Shown: positions 46,740 to 56,134 of the stretch, piece by piece
Layout: each line of letters begins with the position of its first letter
How positions within the stretch are numbered: position 1 is the first letter of the stretch
Assembly: GCA_048268245.1 (NCBI GenBank)
Contig: JBLWVX010000007.1
Location: 32,319-96,318, forward strand
Length of the DNA stretch: 64,000 bases
Direction: 5' to 3'
Source of the DNA: Arcobacteraceae bacterium
GTDB lineage: Bacteria > Campylobacterota > Campylobacteria > Campylobacterales > Arcobacteraceae
Made by a program: the position numbers and the translations under genes
Notes under the pieces: generated by a model
What the model was told of the DNA's origin: nothing
Seen by the model: only the letters and a program-made list of their open reading frames with translations
Databases searched by the model: none

Positions 46740-48044
46740 TCAAAATGTTTCTAATAGTTTTATAATCTTTGATGTTTTAAGCTTTTTCCAAGATTCAAAT
46801 CTATAAAAAGTCAATGAATCATTTTCAAAAATAAATTTTGACATACTCTTTGATGAGTCTTCTATTTTAATAGCTTTTACATAGTCATAATACTTAATTA
46901 GTTCATCAATTTTGGGACTTGTTGAAATAACTACAGTTGGTATCATAAAAGCATCACTTAAATGCATTGTTGCAGTATGAGTTGTAACCATACAATCCAT
47001 ACATGATACTATATAAGTTAAATCTTGGAAAGTTTGTGAATCTCTATTAAGATTAACTAATCTATCATCTTTAAATTTTGAATCAATATTTAAAGTTGTT
47101 ATTATCAAATAGTCTTCATGTTTTTTAAGTAAATTTTTCAATATTTTTACAGCATACTCTTGAGGAATACTCTTTTTAGGGTCAGCTGAATAAGGATGAT
47201 ATAAAAGAAGTTTACCTTTTCTTTTCAACTTTGTAAGTTTAAGTTTTAGCTCATCTTTTACATTAACTTTTTCAATATTAATTTGATTATACTTTTCATA
47301 TTTACTTATCTTAGTAAAATCTATTCCAAACTTGTATAGCCAAGCGTCTATATGATTTAACTCACTATAATAACTTGTATTTTTGCTAACCATACTATTA
47401 TCTACAAAATAATCATAAGTACAAAATCTTTTAACATTTAAACTTAAAGGATGAACTTTATTTATAAAATCTTGATTTAGATATATTTGTTTATCCCTTG
47501 AGAAGTAAGTGTTATTTGAAGCATTTAAATATACATCAATTAACACCTCATCATAAACCTCTTTTAACTTATTATAAAATATTCTAAGAGCTGTACAAGA
47601 ACATATCATTTGTCCAATAGTATCTCCAAGACTTCCTATAAAAGCTACATTTATCTTTGATTTTTTAATAATTAATTGTTTAAATAAATCTACTTTTTGA
47701 TTGTCTTGTAAAAAACTTTCAACATTTGATTTATCATTTATAAAAAACTCACTACTATCTTCTTTATATTTTGCATAGTTTAGATGTTCATTTTCATTTG
47801 AAATACCAAGCTCAATTGGAAAATCTTCCAATTGTCTTACTTTCTCTTCTTTTAGAAGTCGTGCATGATATAGTTTTGCATCTACATTTTTAAAAACTGT
47901 TTTTAAATCTTCAAAATCATCATATGTTGTAATATATGCTGTTTCATTATTTAAATCAGATGGCATCTTAAATTTAAAATACTTAACTAAAGTGCCATCT
48001 GTTGTTTTAACATTGATATTTTGAGTTACTCTAAAAAAAACCAT
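46740..48044 (-). CDS. Glycosyltransferase family 9 (heptosyltransferase)-like protein with an N-terminal extension
   Basis: GDTIGQMICSCTAL, YHPYSADPKKSIP and CMVTTHTATMHLSDAFMIPTVVI match GT9 motifs (IGD..., HP.S...K, D.G..HLA.A...PTV). Confidence 0.65.
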   Translation of the reverse strand: MVFFRVTQNINVKTTDGTLVKYFKFKMPSDLNNETAYITTYDDFEDLKTVFKNVDAKLYHARLLKEEKVRQLEDFPIELGISNENEHLNYAKYKEDSSEFFINDKSNVESFLQDNQKVDLFKQLIIKKSKINVAFIGSLGDTIGQMICSCTALRIFYNKLKEVYDEVLIDVYLNASNNTYFSRDKQIYLNQDFINKVHPLSLNVKRFCTYDYFVDNSMVSKNTSYYSELNHIDAWLYKFGIDFTKISKYEKYNQINIEKVNVKDELKLKLTKLKRKGKLLLYHPYSADPKKSIPQEYAVKILKNLLKKHEDYLIITTLNIDSKFKDDRLVNLNRDSQTFQDLTYIVSCMDCMVTTHTATMHLSDAFMIPTVVISTSPKIDELIKYYDYVKAIKIEDSSKSMSKFIFENDSLTFYRFESWKKLKTSKIIKLLETF

Positions 48045-48055
48045 TTATGTAAAAA

Positions 48056-49336
48056 CTATACCTCTTCAGTATTTTCTACTCTTAACATTGTTAAGTAAGG
48101 TAGCTTTCCTGGTAGTTGAATCTTATTAGTATTACCACTATGAACAGAATCTAATTCTTTATTTGTTTCAGTTAAAATTTTATTAAAGTTTACATAATAA
48201 AGACCATCTTCTTTTTTGAAGATTTTACCTATTTCATTTTCACACTCTTCTATAACTGCACCTCTTGGAGCAAAAATCTCTACATCATCACCTGGGTAAA
48301 TTTTGTATTTACACATAAAATGTTTTTCATCTTCTGTTACTAGTCCACTTACTTCATAAGAACCTTTTGATAATGCATACTCATGATTTTGTGTAGTAGT
48401 CTTTTCAAATGGTCTATGAACTAAATAAGCATCAGTAAAGCCTCTATTTTTTGTAGTGTGTAGTTCTCTTTGATATTTTTCAGGTTTAAATTCACCTGCA
48501 TAATAATCATCAATAGCTTCTCTATATGCGTTAGCTGTAACTGCGGCATAATAAGGAGATTTTGTTCTACCTTCAATTTTAAGAGAATCAACTGCACCTG
48601 AATCTAAAATTTCTTGAATATGTGAAGCTAAGTTCATATCTTTTGAATTAAAGATATAAGTTCCAACACCTGGTTCTTCTTCTAATCTAAATAATGTATT
48701 TTGATTTGTACTTTCTGCATATAAAGTATATTCAAATCTACAGTCATTTGCACATGAACCTCTATTTGGAACTCTACCACTTTGAACTGCTGAAACTAAA
48801 CATCTTCCAGAGTATGCAAAACACATAGAACCATGTACAAAAATCTCAATTTCCATATCAGGTAAATGCTCTTTAATTTGCTTTACATCTTTAAGAGAAA
48901 TTTCTCTTGCTACAACAATTCTTTTTACACCTAAATCCCAGAATACTTTTGCATCTAAATAGTTAAGTACATTTGCTTGTGTTGATAAGTGAACATCAAT
49001 ATCAGGAGCAATTTCTCTACAAAGTTTAACAACTCCTGGTGCTGCTACGATAAAACCATCTGGTTTTACTTCTGCCATTTTTTCAATATGTTTTTTAAGT
49101 AAATCTATTTGATTATTAAAAGGGAAACCGTTAATTGTTGCATATACTTTTTTACCTCTTGCATGTGCATAATCAATTCCCTCTTTAAATGTTTCAAATG
49201 TAAACTCTTTTCCAGCTCTAATTCTTAAACTAAAGTGACTAACACCTGCATAAACAGCGTCAGCACCATAGTTGATAGCAATTTTTAATTTTTCTAAATT
49301 CCCTGCGGGGGAAAGTAGCTCTACTTTTTCGCTCAT
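48056..49336 (-). CDS. Peptidase U32 family protein (TrhP/YegQ-like tRNA hydroxylase)
   Basis: ELLSPAG, GADAVYAG, HLSTQAN, FVHGSMCFAYSGRC, NRGSCANDCR and SLKIEGR motifs. Confidence 0.93.
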   Translation of the reverse strand: MSEKVELLSPAGNLEKLKIAINYGADAVYAGVSHFSLRIRAGKEFTFETFKEGIDYAHARGKKVYATINGFPFNNQIDLLKKHIEKMAEVKPDGFIVAAPGVVKLCREIAPDIDVHLSTQANVLNYLDAKVFWDLGVKRIVVAREISLKDVKQIKEHLPDMEIEIFVHGSMCFAYSGRCLVSAVQSGRVPNRGSCANDCRFEYTLYAESTNQNTLFRLEEEPGVGTYIFNSKDMNLASHIQEILDSGAVDSLKIEGRTKSPYYAAVTANAYREAIDDYYAGEFKPEKYQRELHTTKNRGFTDAYLVHRPFEKTTTQNHEYALSKGSYEVSGLVTEDEKHFMCKYKIYPGDDVEIFAPRGAVIEECENEIGKIFKKEDGLYYVNFNKILTETNKELDSVHSGNTNKIQLPGKLPYLTMLRVENTEEV

Positions 49337-49434
49337 AAAATTCCTTTAATAATATTTATCAATTGTATATATTTTCTAAAATCTGGCATTATAGCGAATT
49401 TTGCCATAAATATAAAAGTTAAATTTAAATTTAA

Positions 49435-49456
49435 GGAAAGCTTCTAAAAGCTTTCC
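49435..49456 (-). terminator. Stem-loop terminator overlapping the cryptic EWESF-stop end of the MCP
   Basis: GGAAAGCTT-TTAG-AAGCTTTCC followed by TTAAATTT on the minus strand. Confidence 0.6.
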
Positions 49457-49497
49457 CATTCATCAGTAGTTGAAGAGTTAGATAGTTCTGGTTGAGT

Positions 49498-52284
49498 CTA
49501 TTTTTTAGTTTCACTTCTAGCTTGATTATTATTAGTTTTTTCTATTTTTACATCATTTTCTTTTTTTATTTGATCTAAACTAGAGAATACTTTTCTCATA
49601 GAAACTTCTAAATTTGTTGCTATGTCTTTTAATCTATCATTATTTCTTGAATCATTAGCATTTACATCTACATATTCTTGAACTAATGAATGAACTTTTT
49701 CATGTTCTACTTTTAAATTACTCCAATTAGATGTTTTTGTAAAACTTTTTGCTTTTAACTCAGCTTCATTTATCCACTTACCAAATTTACACTCATTTGA
49801 AGTTTTTACTTTCCATGAATTTTTAGTATTTCCTACTTTTTCAAAGTTTTCATTTTTAAATTTAATATGGTCGTTTTTTAATTCTGAGATTTTATAAACT
49901 AAATCAATATCTGATATCTCATCATTTGAGTACTCATTAAATTTAGCCCTTTTTGCAACATCCAGTAAATTATCAGATAATGAACTAACCTCAACAGCTA
50001 AAGTACTTATAGTTGTAGCAGAATTTGCATTTTCTTGTGTTGCTTTATCTAAATCATTGATAGTATCATTTATTTGAATAATACCTTGTTCTTCTTCACT
50101 ACTAGCTTGAGTAACATCCTCTATTAATTTAATTGTTTCATTAACTTTTTCATTTAAATTACTATAACCACTAATCATATTATTAGCTATATCTTTACCT
50201 TCATTTGCTTTTGAAGTAGCCTTTTCAACAATCTGCTTAATCTCTTTTGCAGCATCTGCACTTCTATTAGCTAGATTTCTTACTTCTTGAGCTACTACAG
50301 CAAACCCTTTACCTGCTTCACCTGCAGTTGCTGCTTCAACTGCTGCATTAAGTGAAAGAATATTTGTTTGGAAAGCAATCTGATCAATTACTGTAATAGC
50401 CTCATTAATAGAGTTTACTTGCTCATCAATTTCATCCATTGACTTAGTAGTTTGAGAAGCTAGACTTTCACCTTGAGAAGATGAATCTTTAAGTTGAGTT
50501 GCTAAAACAGACATTTTATTAACTTTTTCAACATTTGATTTAATAATAGAAGTTATTTGCTCAACTGCTGCTGCTGTTTCTTCTAAAGAAGCAGCTTGTT
50601 GATTTGCAGAAGATGAAAGACTTGATGCACTTGTTGATAAGATTTTTGTATCATCATTTAACTTCTTACCACTTGCTGTAATCATTGATAAAAGCTCAGA
50701 AACACTTCTTCCAATTAATACAGTACTTGAATCAATTGAAGCAATAATTCCATTTGTACCACTTGCTTCACTATTTGATAATGCTTTAAAGTTTGAGTTT
50801 CCATACTCAATTAACACATTATTTAGTTTTACCAAATTATCATTTGTTCTATCTATCATAGTATTAATAGAATCTCTTAATTTCATAATCTGTGGATTTG
50901 AAGAGTTCTGTTCAACTTTATAAACATAAAAACCATTATTTACTTTAGTAATAACATCATCAACTTCTTCAATTACTTTTGAGTCTTGTTTTGATTGATC
51001 AATCAGTTTTCTAATGTATTTGTTAAAGCTTCCCACTAATTTTCCAAATTCATCTTTTGAACTAAGTTTTATCTCTTCATTTTCACTATTTACATCACTC
51101 ATTTTTAAAATAGCTTCATTCAGATTGTTTATAGGATTTACTATGGCTCGTCTTACAAAATATGAATAAATTAAGTACATTACTATAATTGCAACTAAAG
51201 AAAAGATTACAATATTCTTAATAATTCTATTTATCTCTGAACTTGTTTTTTCTTTCATTCTAATGATGTCTGCTTCTATATCATCAACATAAGCACCTGT
51301 TCCTATTACCCAACCCCATGGCTCAAAAAGTTGAACATAGGAGAATTTTTCTTGAGGTTTATCGAAACCTGGTTTTGGCCAAAGATAAGGAACTAAACCT
51401 CCTTCTTTATTTTTTTTAGAAATCTCTACAAACTCTTGAAAAAAGAACTTCCCATTTTTATCTTTCAAGTTTGCTAAATCTTTTCCATTTAATGCTGGCT
51501 TTATTGGGTGCATAATCATTTTTGAAGAGGTATCATTTATCCAAAAATATCCATTTTTACCGTATCTCATTTTATTTATAGTAGCTAAAGCTTCTTTTTT
51601 TATCTTTGCTGATACATCATCTACATATGCTCCTGTTCCTACAACCCAATTATAAGGTTCAAAAAGCTTTACATAAGATACTTTTGGTTGTGGTTTTTCA
51701 AAACCTGGCTTTGGCCATACATAATCTACAAAACCATCACCATTTGCTTTTGCAACACTTGCAAACTCTTTAAATATCTGCTTTCCACTTTTATCTTTAT
51801 AAGAAAAAAGATTTTTGCTATTTAATTGGGGTTTTATAGGATGCATTACCATAATAGCATCTGTATCATTTATCCAAAAATATCCATTTTTACCATATCT
51901 AGATTCTTCAACTATTGTTTTTAATCTAAGTTTTAATTCTTCTTGAGATAGAGTATTTTTATATCTTTCATACTCTGCATTTAATATTGAAAATATGAAA
52001 TTAGTTTGTTCTTTTAGATGGTCTTGAACCTCTAACTTAATTCTATCAATAGAAGTTCTTTTATGATAAGCATTTACTGTTTTCATTGCAAGTGAAACAT
52101 AATTTTTAAGCTCTTCTTCTTTTTTAGAAAAAGATTCTTGCTTATATTCTTTCATATTTTGTTTAGAAAATTTGCTAATTGAATATATAGACTCAATTGC
52201 AACAACACTTGAAACAACTAAAATTGTAAATAATGAAAGCATTAAAAGCTTAGCTTTTATTGTTAGATTAGAAAACATGAACAA
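49498..52284 (-). CDS. Methyl-accepting chemotaxis protein: tandem Cache domains, HAMP, signalling domain and C-terminal CZB domain
   Basis: Two TM helices; duplicated [42 protein letters not shown]-like DHIKFK/CKFGKW/HEKVH. The frame resumes after the TAG to DEWESF* at 49444. Start may be the ATG at 52278. Confidence 0.95.
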   Translation of the reverse strand: MFMFSNLTIKAKLLMLSLFTILVVSSVVAIESIYSISKFSKQNMKEYKQESFSKKEEELKNYVSLAMKTVNAYHKRTSIDRIKLEVQDHLKEQTNFIFSILNAEYERYKNTLSQEELKLRLKTIVEESRYGKNGYFWINDTDAIMVMHPIKPQLNSKNLFSYKDKSGKQIFKEFASVAKANGDGFVDYVWPKPGFEKPQPKVSYVKLFEPYNWVVGTGAYVDDVSAKIKKEALATINKMRYGKNGYFWINDTSSKMIMHPIKPALNGKDLANLKDKNGKFFFQEFVEISKKNKEGGLVPYLWPKPGFDKPQEKFSYVQLFEPWGWVIGTGAYVDDIEADIIRMKEKTSSEINRIIKNIVIFSLVAIIVMYLIYSYFVRRAIVNPINNLNEAILKMSDVNSENEEIKLSSKDEFGKLVGSFNKYIRKLIDQSKQDSKVIEEVDDVITKVNNGFYVYKVEQNSSNPQIMKLRDSINTMIDRTNDNLVKLNNVLIEYGNSNFKALSNSEASGTNGIIASIDSSTVLIGRSVSELLSMITASGKKLNDDTKILSTSASSLSSSANQQAASLEETAAAVEQITSIIKSNVEKVNKMSVLATQLKDSSSQGESLASQTTKSMDEIDEQVNSINEAITVIDQIAFQTNILSLNAAVEAATAGEAGKGFAVVAQEVRNLANRSADAAKEIKQIVEKATSKANEGKDIANNMISGYSNLNEKVNETIKLIEDVTQASSEEEQGIIQINDTINDLDKATQENANSATTISTLAVEVSSLSDNLLDVAKRAKFNEYSNDEISDIDLVYKISELKNDHIKFKNENFEKVGNTKNSWKVKTSNECKFGKWINEAELKAKSFTKTSNWSNLKVEHEKVHSLVQEYVDVNANDSRNNDRLKDIATNLEVSMRKVFSSLDQIKKENDVKIEKTNNNQARSETKK
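51530..51894. repeat. Internal tandem duplication (333-nt period) encoding the two Cache domains
   Basis: Identical 32-mer gtatcatttatccaaaaatatccatttttacc at 51530-51561 and 51863-51894. Confidence 0.85.
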
Positions 52285-52348
52285 CCCTTAAAATTAAACT
52301 AGTTTATAATAGCCTCTAAAATAATAAAATGTCAAGTTTATCTATATA

Positions 52349-53506
52349 TTATTCTAATGTATTTTCAAAATCTCTTACAATAGTTTCATCTATTTTATTA
52401 TTTTTTGCCATTTCATACATTATTTTAATGGCTGCTTTATGTGTGTGAGCACATCTATAAATTTTATTACTTATTAATGCATCATAAATAACTGCACACT
52501 GAAGTACTCTATCTTTTAAGCTTAAATCTTTTGCTTCATATAAATAAGGATAACCAGAACCATCGATTCTTTCTTGAATTTTACTTGCCCAAATACTAAT
52601 ATCATTGAAACCTATTATATTAGATAAAAATTTTCTGTTGTAATAGGGATATGCTTTTATTATTTCACTCTCTTCTTCATCTAATTTATCCTTTTTATTT
52701 AATATATTTGATGGGATTATAAATTTACCTAATTTACACAATGAAGCAGTTATTAAAAGGCTTATTTTATCTTTATATTCTAAACCATATTGCTCCATAA
52801 CTTTTTCTAAAACAATTAAAAGTTTGCTATCTTTTGACTCAATTTTTTCAAATATTGATGTGATTTCTAGAAGCTCATCATAAGATAAAACTTTTGAATA
52901 ATCTAAAAGATTTGAGAATATATAAAACAGTATCTCATTTTCATTTTGTAAATCTAACCAAAAGCTTGAGCTTTTACTATACTCTAGAAAGTATTTTGAG
53001 AAATCTTCTTTAAATAAAATATTTGAATTTTGTTTACAGAAATCTTTTATATTATTGATATTTTCTATACTGTTATTAGATAGATCAAAATTAATATCTA
53101 AACTACTTACAAAAGATATAATTTGTGAAAAAAGTGGTATTTCATCATTCTTTAATCCATAAAAACCACTTCCGTCTATTTTTTCATGCGAATACTTTAG
53201 TATATCATTACTTTGAGTTAAAAAAGGAAGCCTATTTGCATACTCTTGTGAAAGTTCACAAAACTCTTTTGAAAGTTTTTTTGTTTCATATAAACCAAAG
53301 TTTGCACATAAACAATATGCACATAAATCAAATTTTTGTTCATTTGAAAGATTTAATTCATTTGCAATTTTTAAACTAACGTATGCAACTCTTTTTGAGT
53401 GCCCTAAAGATATATTAAAATACTCTTTTGATGTATAATCAATAGCATTTGAAATTGATAATAAGAAGTTATTTAAATTAAAAACTATCTGTGTTTTCTT
53501 ATCCAT
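52349..53506 (-). CDS. Tandem HD-GYP-domain protein with degenerate metal ligands
   Basis: GHSKRVA, SHEKIDGSGFYG and ERIDGSGYP motifs; the HD positions read CANFG and CKLGK. Confidence 0.8.
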   Translation of the reverse strand: MDKKTQIVFNLNNFLLSISNAIDYTSKEYFNISLGHSKRVAYVSLKIANELNLSNEQKFDLCAYCLCANFGLYETKKLSKEFCELSQEYANRLPFLTQSNDILKYSHEKIDGSGFYGLKNDEIPLFSQIISFVSSLDINFDLSNNSIENINNIKDFCKQNSNILFKEDFSKYFLEYSKSSSFWLDLQNENEILFYIFSNLLDYSKVLSYDELLEITSIFEKIESKDSKLLIVLEKVMEQYGLEYKDKISLLITASLCKLGKFIIPSNILNKKDKLDEEESEIIKAYPYYNRKFLSNIIGFNDISIWASKIQERIDGSGYPYLYEAKDLSLKDRVLQCAVIYDALISNKIYRCAHTHKAAIKIMYEMAKNNKIDETIVRDFENTLE

Positions 53507-53540
53507 GTAAAATATTCCTAGAATTTATTTATAAAGGTAG

Positions 53541-53566
53541 AAAAAAGACTCAAAAGAGTCTTTTTT
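53541..53566. terminator. Bidirectional-type Rho-independent terminator closing the sox accessory run
   Basis: AAAAAAGACTC-AAAA-GAGTCTTTTTT perfect inverted repeat. Confidence 0.85.
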
Positions 53567-54347
53567 AATAATCAAGAAGTTCAGATATAGCTTCAACTGA
53601 AGTATCATGCATATCTAAATCTAAATGTGGTGCACCCTTAACTTCAATTAGTTTAACTGATAAACCTTTATCTTTTGCTAATTTGTAAAAGTTTTTTGTA
53701 ACTTCTGGTTTTGATATTTTATCTTCTGTTCCATAGATAAGTAAAATATTTGTCTCTTTTAATACCTTATCAATCACATCAACAACAGAAATAAGATCTT
53801 TTTCTTTAGAGACTTCATGAATATCATATCTTCCACCAACTAAAGCAATATTATTAATCAAGTCAGGATATAAACCAGTAATAGTTGCACCTATCATAGC
53901 TCCAGCAGAATGACCTATAAAGTTAATTGTTTGGGCACTATACTTTTGTTTTAACTTTTTGATAACATCAGCTACGAATCTAACATAATCTTCTTTTGCT
54001 GCTAAATTTTTTATTTTATCATTATCTAAACTAGGAAAACTATTTGTTGTTGAATTTGAATATCCAGGAAGAGCTACTGCTACAGTAGTGTAATCTGTAA
54101 TCATATTTAAACTCTCAGCAAAAGGGGCATATCTTCCAAGAGTATTTGTTCCTTTATCCCATGTACCGTGTAGTATTATATTTAAAGAATCACTATCTTC
54201 TGTTTCAATTACTGCTAATTGTAAACACTCATTTTGTACATAAATATAGTTTTCACCTTTTGAAATACAACTATTCTCACTTGCATATAGTACTGATGTA
54301 AAAAATATAATTAAAAATGCTACTTTAAAAAACTTAATATAATTCAT
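53565..54347 (-). CDS. Secreted alpha/beta hydrolase
   Basis: Signal peptide; LHG, GHSAG nucleophile elbow, YGTED and GAPH catalytic triad. Confidence 0.85.
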   Translation of the reverse strand: MNYIKFFKVAFLIIFFTSVLYASENSCISKGENYIYVQNECLQLAVIETEDSDSLNIILHGTWDKGTNTLGRYAPFAESLNMITDYTTVAVALPGYSNSTTNSFPSLDNDKIKNLAAKEDYVRFVADVIKKLKQKYSAQTINFIGHSAGAMIGATITGLYPDLINNIALVGGRYDIHEVSKEKDLISVVDVIDKVLKETNILLIYGTEDKISKPEVTKNFYKLAKDKGLSVKLIEVKGAPHLDLDMHDTSVEAISELLDY

Positions 54348-54364
54348 AATAAACCCCTACTAAT

Positions 54365-54802
54365 TTAATAAGCAATTATGCCAACATAACCATCTACTTG
54401 TCTTTCAATAAGTTCAACAATACCTGCTTGAACATATTCAATATCTTCTATAAAATCATCTTGCGTCCATTTCATAGTTTCCATTGTATTTTTACATACA
54501 ATAAACTCTACATCATACTCCATTAGAGAGTTAATTCTTGATAGTGTTTTCTTATCATAATCTTTTTTTAAAGCTCTAATACCATTACCATAAGCAATAA
54601 CAACAACTTTTAAAGATTCACTTGGATACTCTTTTAAAATATTGTAAATAGTACTTAGATTATGATTTACTTTTTTTAACTCTGAATCATAAATCTGTAT
54701 AGCAACTTTTCTAGGATTATCAAAACTTGGTTTTGGCTCACTAAAAGTTGATTGTGCATAAGCAAATATACTTAAAATTAAAACTAATAAAATTTTTTTC
54801 AT
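54365..54802 (-). CDS. Secreted DsrE-family protein
   Basis: ATG at 54802 gives signal peptide MKKILLVLILSIFAYA; VIAYGNGI, FIVCKNTM and VQAGIVELIERQVDGY motifs. Confidence 0.85.
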   Translation of the reverse strand: MKKILLVLILSIFAYAQSTFSEPKPSFDNPRKVAIQIYDSELKKVNHNLSTIYNILKEYPSESLKVVVIAYGNGIRALKKDYDKKTLSRINSLMEYDVEFIVCKNTMETMKWTQDDFIEDIEYVQAGIVELIERQVDGYVGIIAY

Positions 54803-54812
54803 GACTATCCTT

Positions 54813-55253
54813 TTATATTTTTTCAACGGGCATACTCTTTTCTACAATGCCACTTTTTATAATTTTACAATATAAACCTCTGCAATCTTTTAGAACTATT
54901 GGAAGTTCATTATCAAAAACTGCTAAATGATTACAAATCGTACACTTTTGTGTAACTTCAATAATACCAGCACATATTTTAAACTGTGTTCCTATCTCAT
55001 AATCATGAGGATTAAAATCAAATAAAATATTTTCTCCCAAACTACCTTCTTCTAAATCTATACCATTTTTTAGTGCAATTTCATAAGAAGCTCTTCCTAC
55101 TATCATTACAGTACTATCTAAATCTTTATTTGCAAACTTATCAAATTCAATTCCATAATCTTTTATAAGATTTAAATTATTTACCTTAGGTCTAGGAGAA
55201 CCACTTTGACCTTTTTTTGCACTAAAAGTATTTATTACTTTACCTATAGTCAT
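54813..55253 (-). CDS. MOSC-domain protein
   Basis: GIEFD, GSLGENI, IEVTQKCTICNHL and RGLYCKIIKSG motifs. Confidence 0.85.
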   Translation of the reverse strand: MTIGKVINTFSAKKGQSGSPRPKVNNLNLIKDYGIEFDKFANKDLDSTVMIVGRASYEIALKNGIDLEEGSLGENILFDFNPHDYEIGTQFKICAGIIEVTQKCTICNHLAVFDNELPIVLKDCRGLYCKIIKSGIVEKSMPVEKI

Positions 55254-56041
55254 TATAGATTTTCCTTTAAAATTTCAATAAAATCTTTTTTAACCCATGC
55301 TCCTGGATATGTATTTAAAAGTACCCCATCTTGAGTTAAAACAAAAAATGTAGGAGTCATACCTTTAAACTTTTTCTTTAATTGAAAAGGAAGAGTCACA
55401 AAATCAACATCTACTTCTAAGAAAATATAATCATCATTGATTTTTTCTTGAATCTCTTCTAAATCTAAAACTTCTCTTTTCATTTTTTTACAAAAATAAC
55501 AACTTTGAGATGTTGCATAAACTAAGAAATGCTTTCCTTGTGATTGAGCTTCTTTTAATAACTCTTTTTCATTATATTTTTTATCTAAGACTTTTATTTT
55601 TTCAGCAGTACTTTTTAATCTATTTTTTTTATACTCCATAAAAAAATATGCTAAATTCACAGCCTCTTCATCACTAATACTCATAGGCTCTTTTTTCTTA
55701 TAATATTTTAATACATGAGCATCACAAATACTATTATTTATATCAGGATTTTCTAAATACTCTTTTAAATACTCTTCAATTTCTATAACTCTCATTTCAG
55801 GGTCACTTGGATCACCTATTTTTCTAGAGCTTTCCATCATTGCCCAGGCAAGCATATTTACTGTTGGAATTTCAAGATTTAATAGTTCATTATTTCTTTG
55901 AAAAAAATTCTCTTTTAGTTTTGTAAAAGAGATATATCCCTTATGACAACTTGCACATTTGTTATCAAATATCTCTTTTCCCTCTTTATAATCTGCATTC
56001 AAAAATGTAATCATTAATAAAAATGCTAATAAAATTCTCAT
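55253..56041 (-). CDS. Periplasmic cytochrome c-thioredoxin (SoxW-like) fusion
   Basis: Signal peptide from the ATG at 56041; CASCH haem motif; C-terminal SCYFCKKM...MTPTF thioredoxin fold. Confidence 0.8.
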   Translation of the reverse strand: MRILLAFLLMITFLNADYKEGKEIFDNKCASCHKGYISFTKLKENFFQRNNELLNLEIPTVNMLAWAMMESSRKIGDPSDPEMRVIEIEEYLKEYLENPDINNSICDAHVLKYYKKKEPMSISDEEAVNLAYFFMEYKKNRLKSTAEKIKVLDKKYNEKELLKEAQSQGKHFLVYATSQSCYFCKKMKREVLDLEEIQEKINDDYIFLEVDVDFVTLPFQLKKKFKGMTPTFFVLTQDGVLLNTYPGAWVKKDFIEILKENL

Positions 56042-56098
56042 ATTTATTCCTCTTTTCAATTTAATAAATCACTTATTTAAAGAGACTTATTAAATTAA

Positions 56099-56128
56099 AA
56101 AAGTATAAAGAAAACTCTTTATACTTTT
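56099..56128 (-). terminator. Rho-independent terminator after soxB
   Basis: AAAAGTATAAAGA-GTTT-TCTTTATACTTTT inverted repeat with a T-tail. Confidence 0.75.
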
Positions 56129-56134
56129 CAAAAA

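Noticed and set aside
49384..49406. TGGCA...TGCCA inverted repeat around the U32 gene -10 box as a sigma54 promoter or operator
   Set aside because: The GG-to-GC spacing is not the required 10 nt, and 5-bp arms are too short to support an operator.
49498..49500. Pyrrolysine or selenocysteine recoding at the MCP stop
   Set aside because: The codon is TAG in a flexible linker, no pyl genes are in view, and no other gene in the window showed similar in-frame stops.
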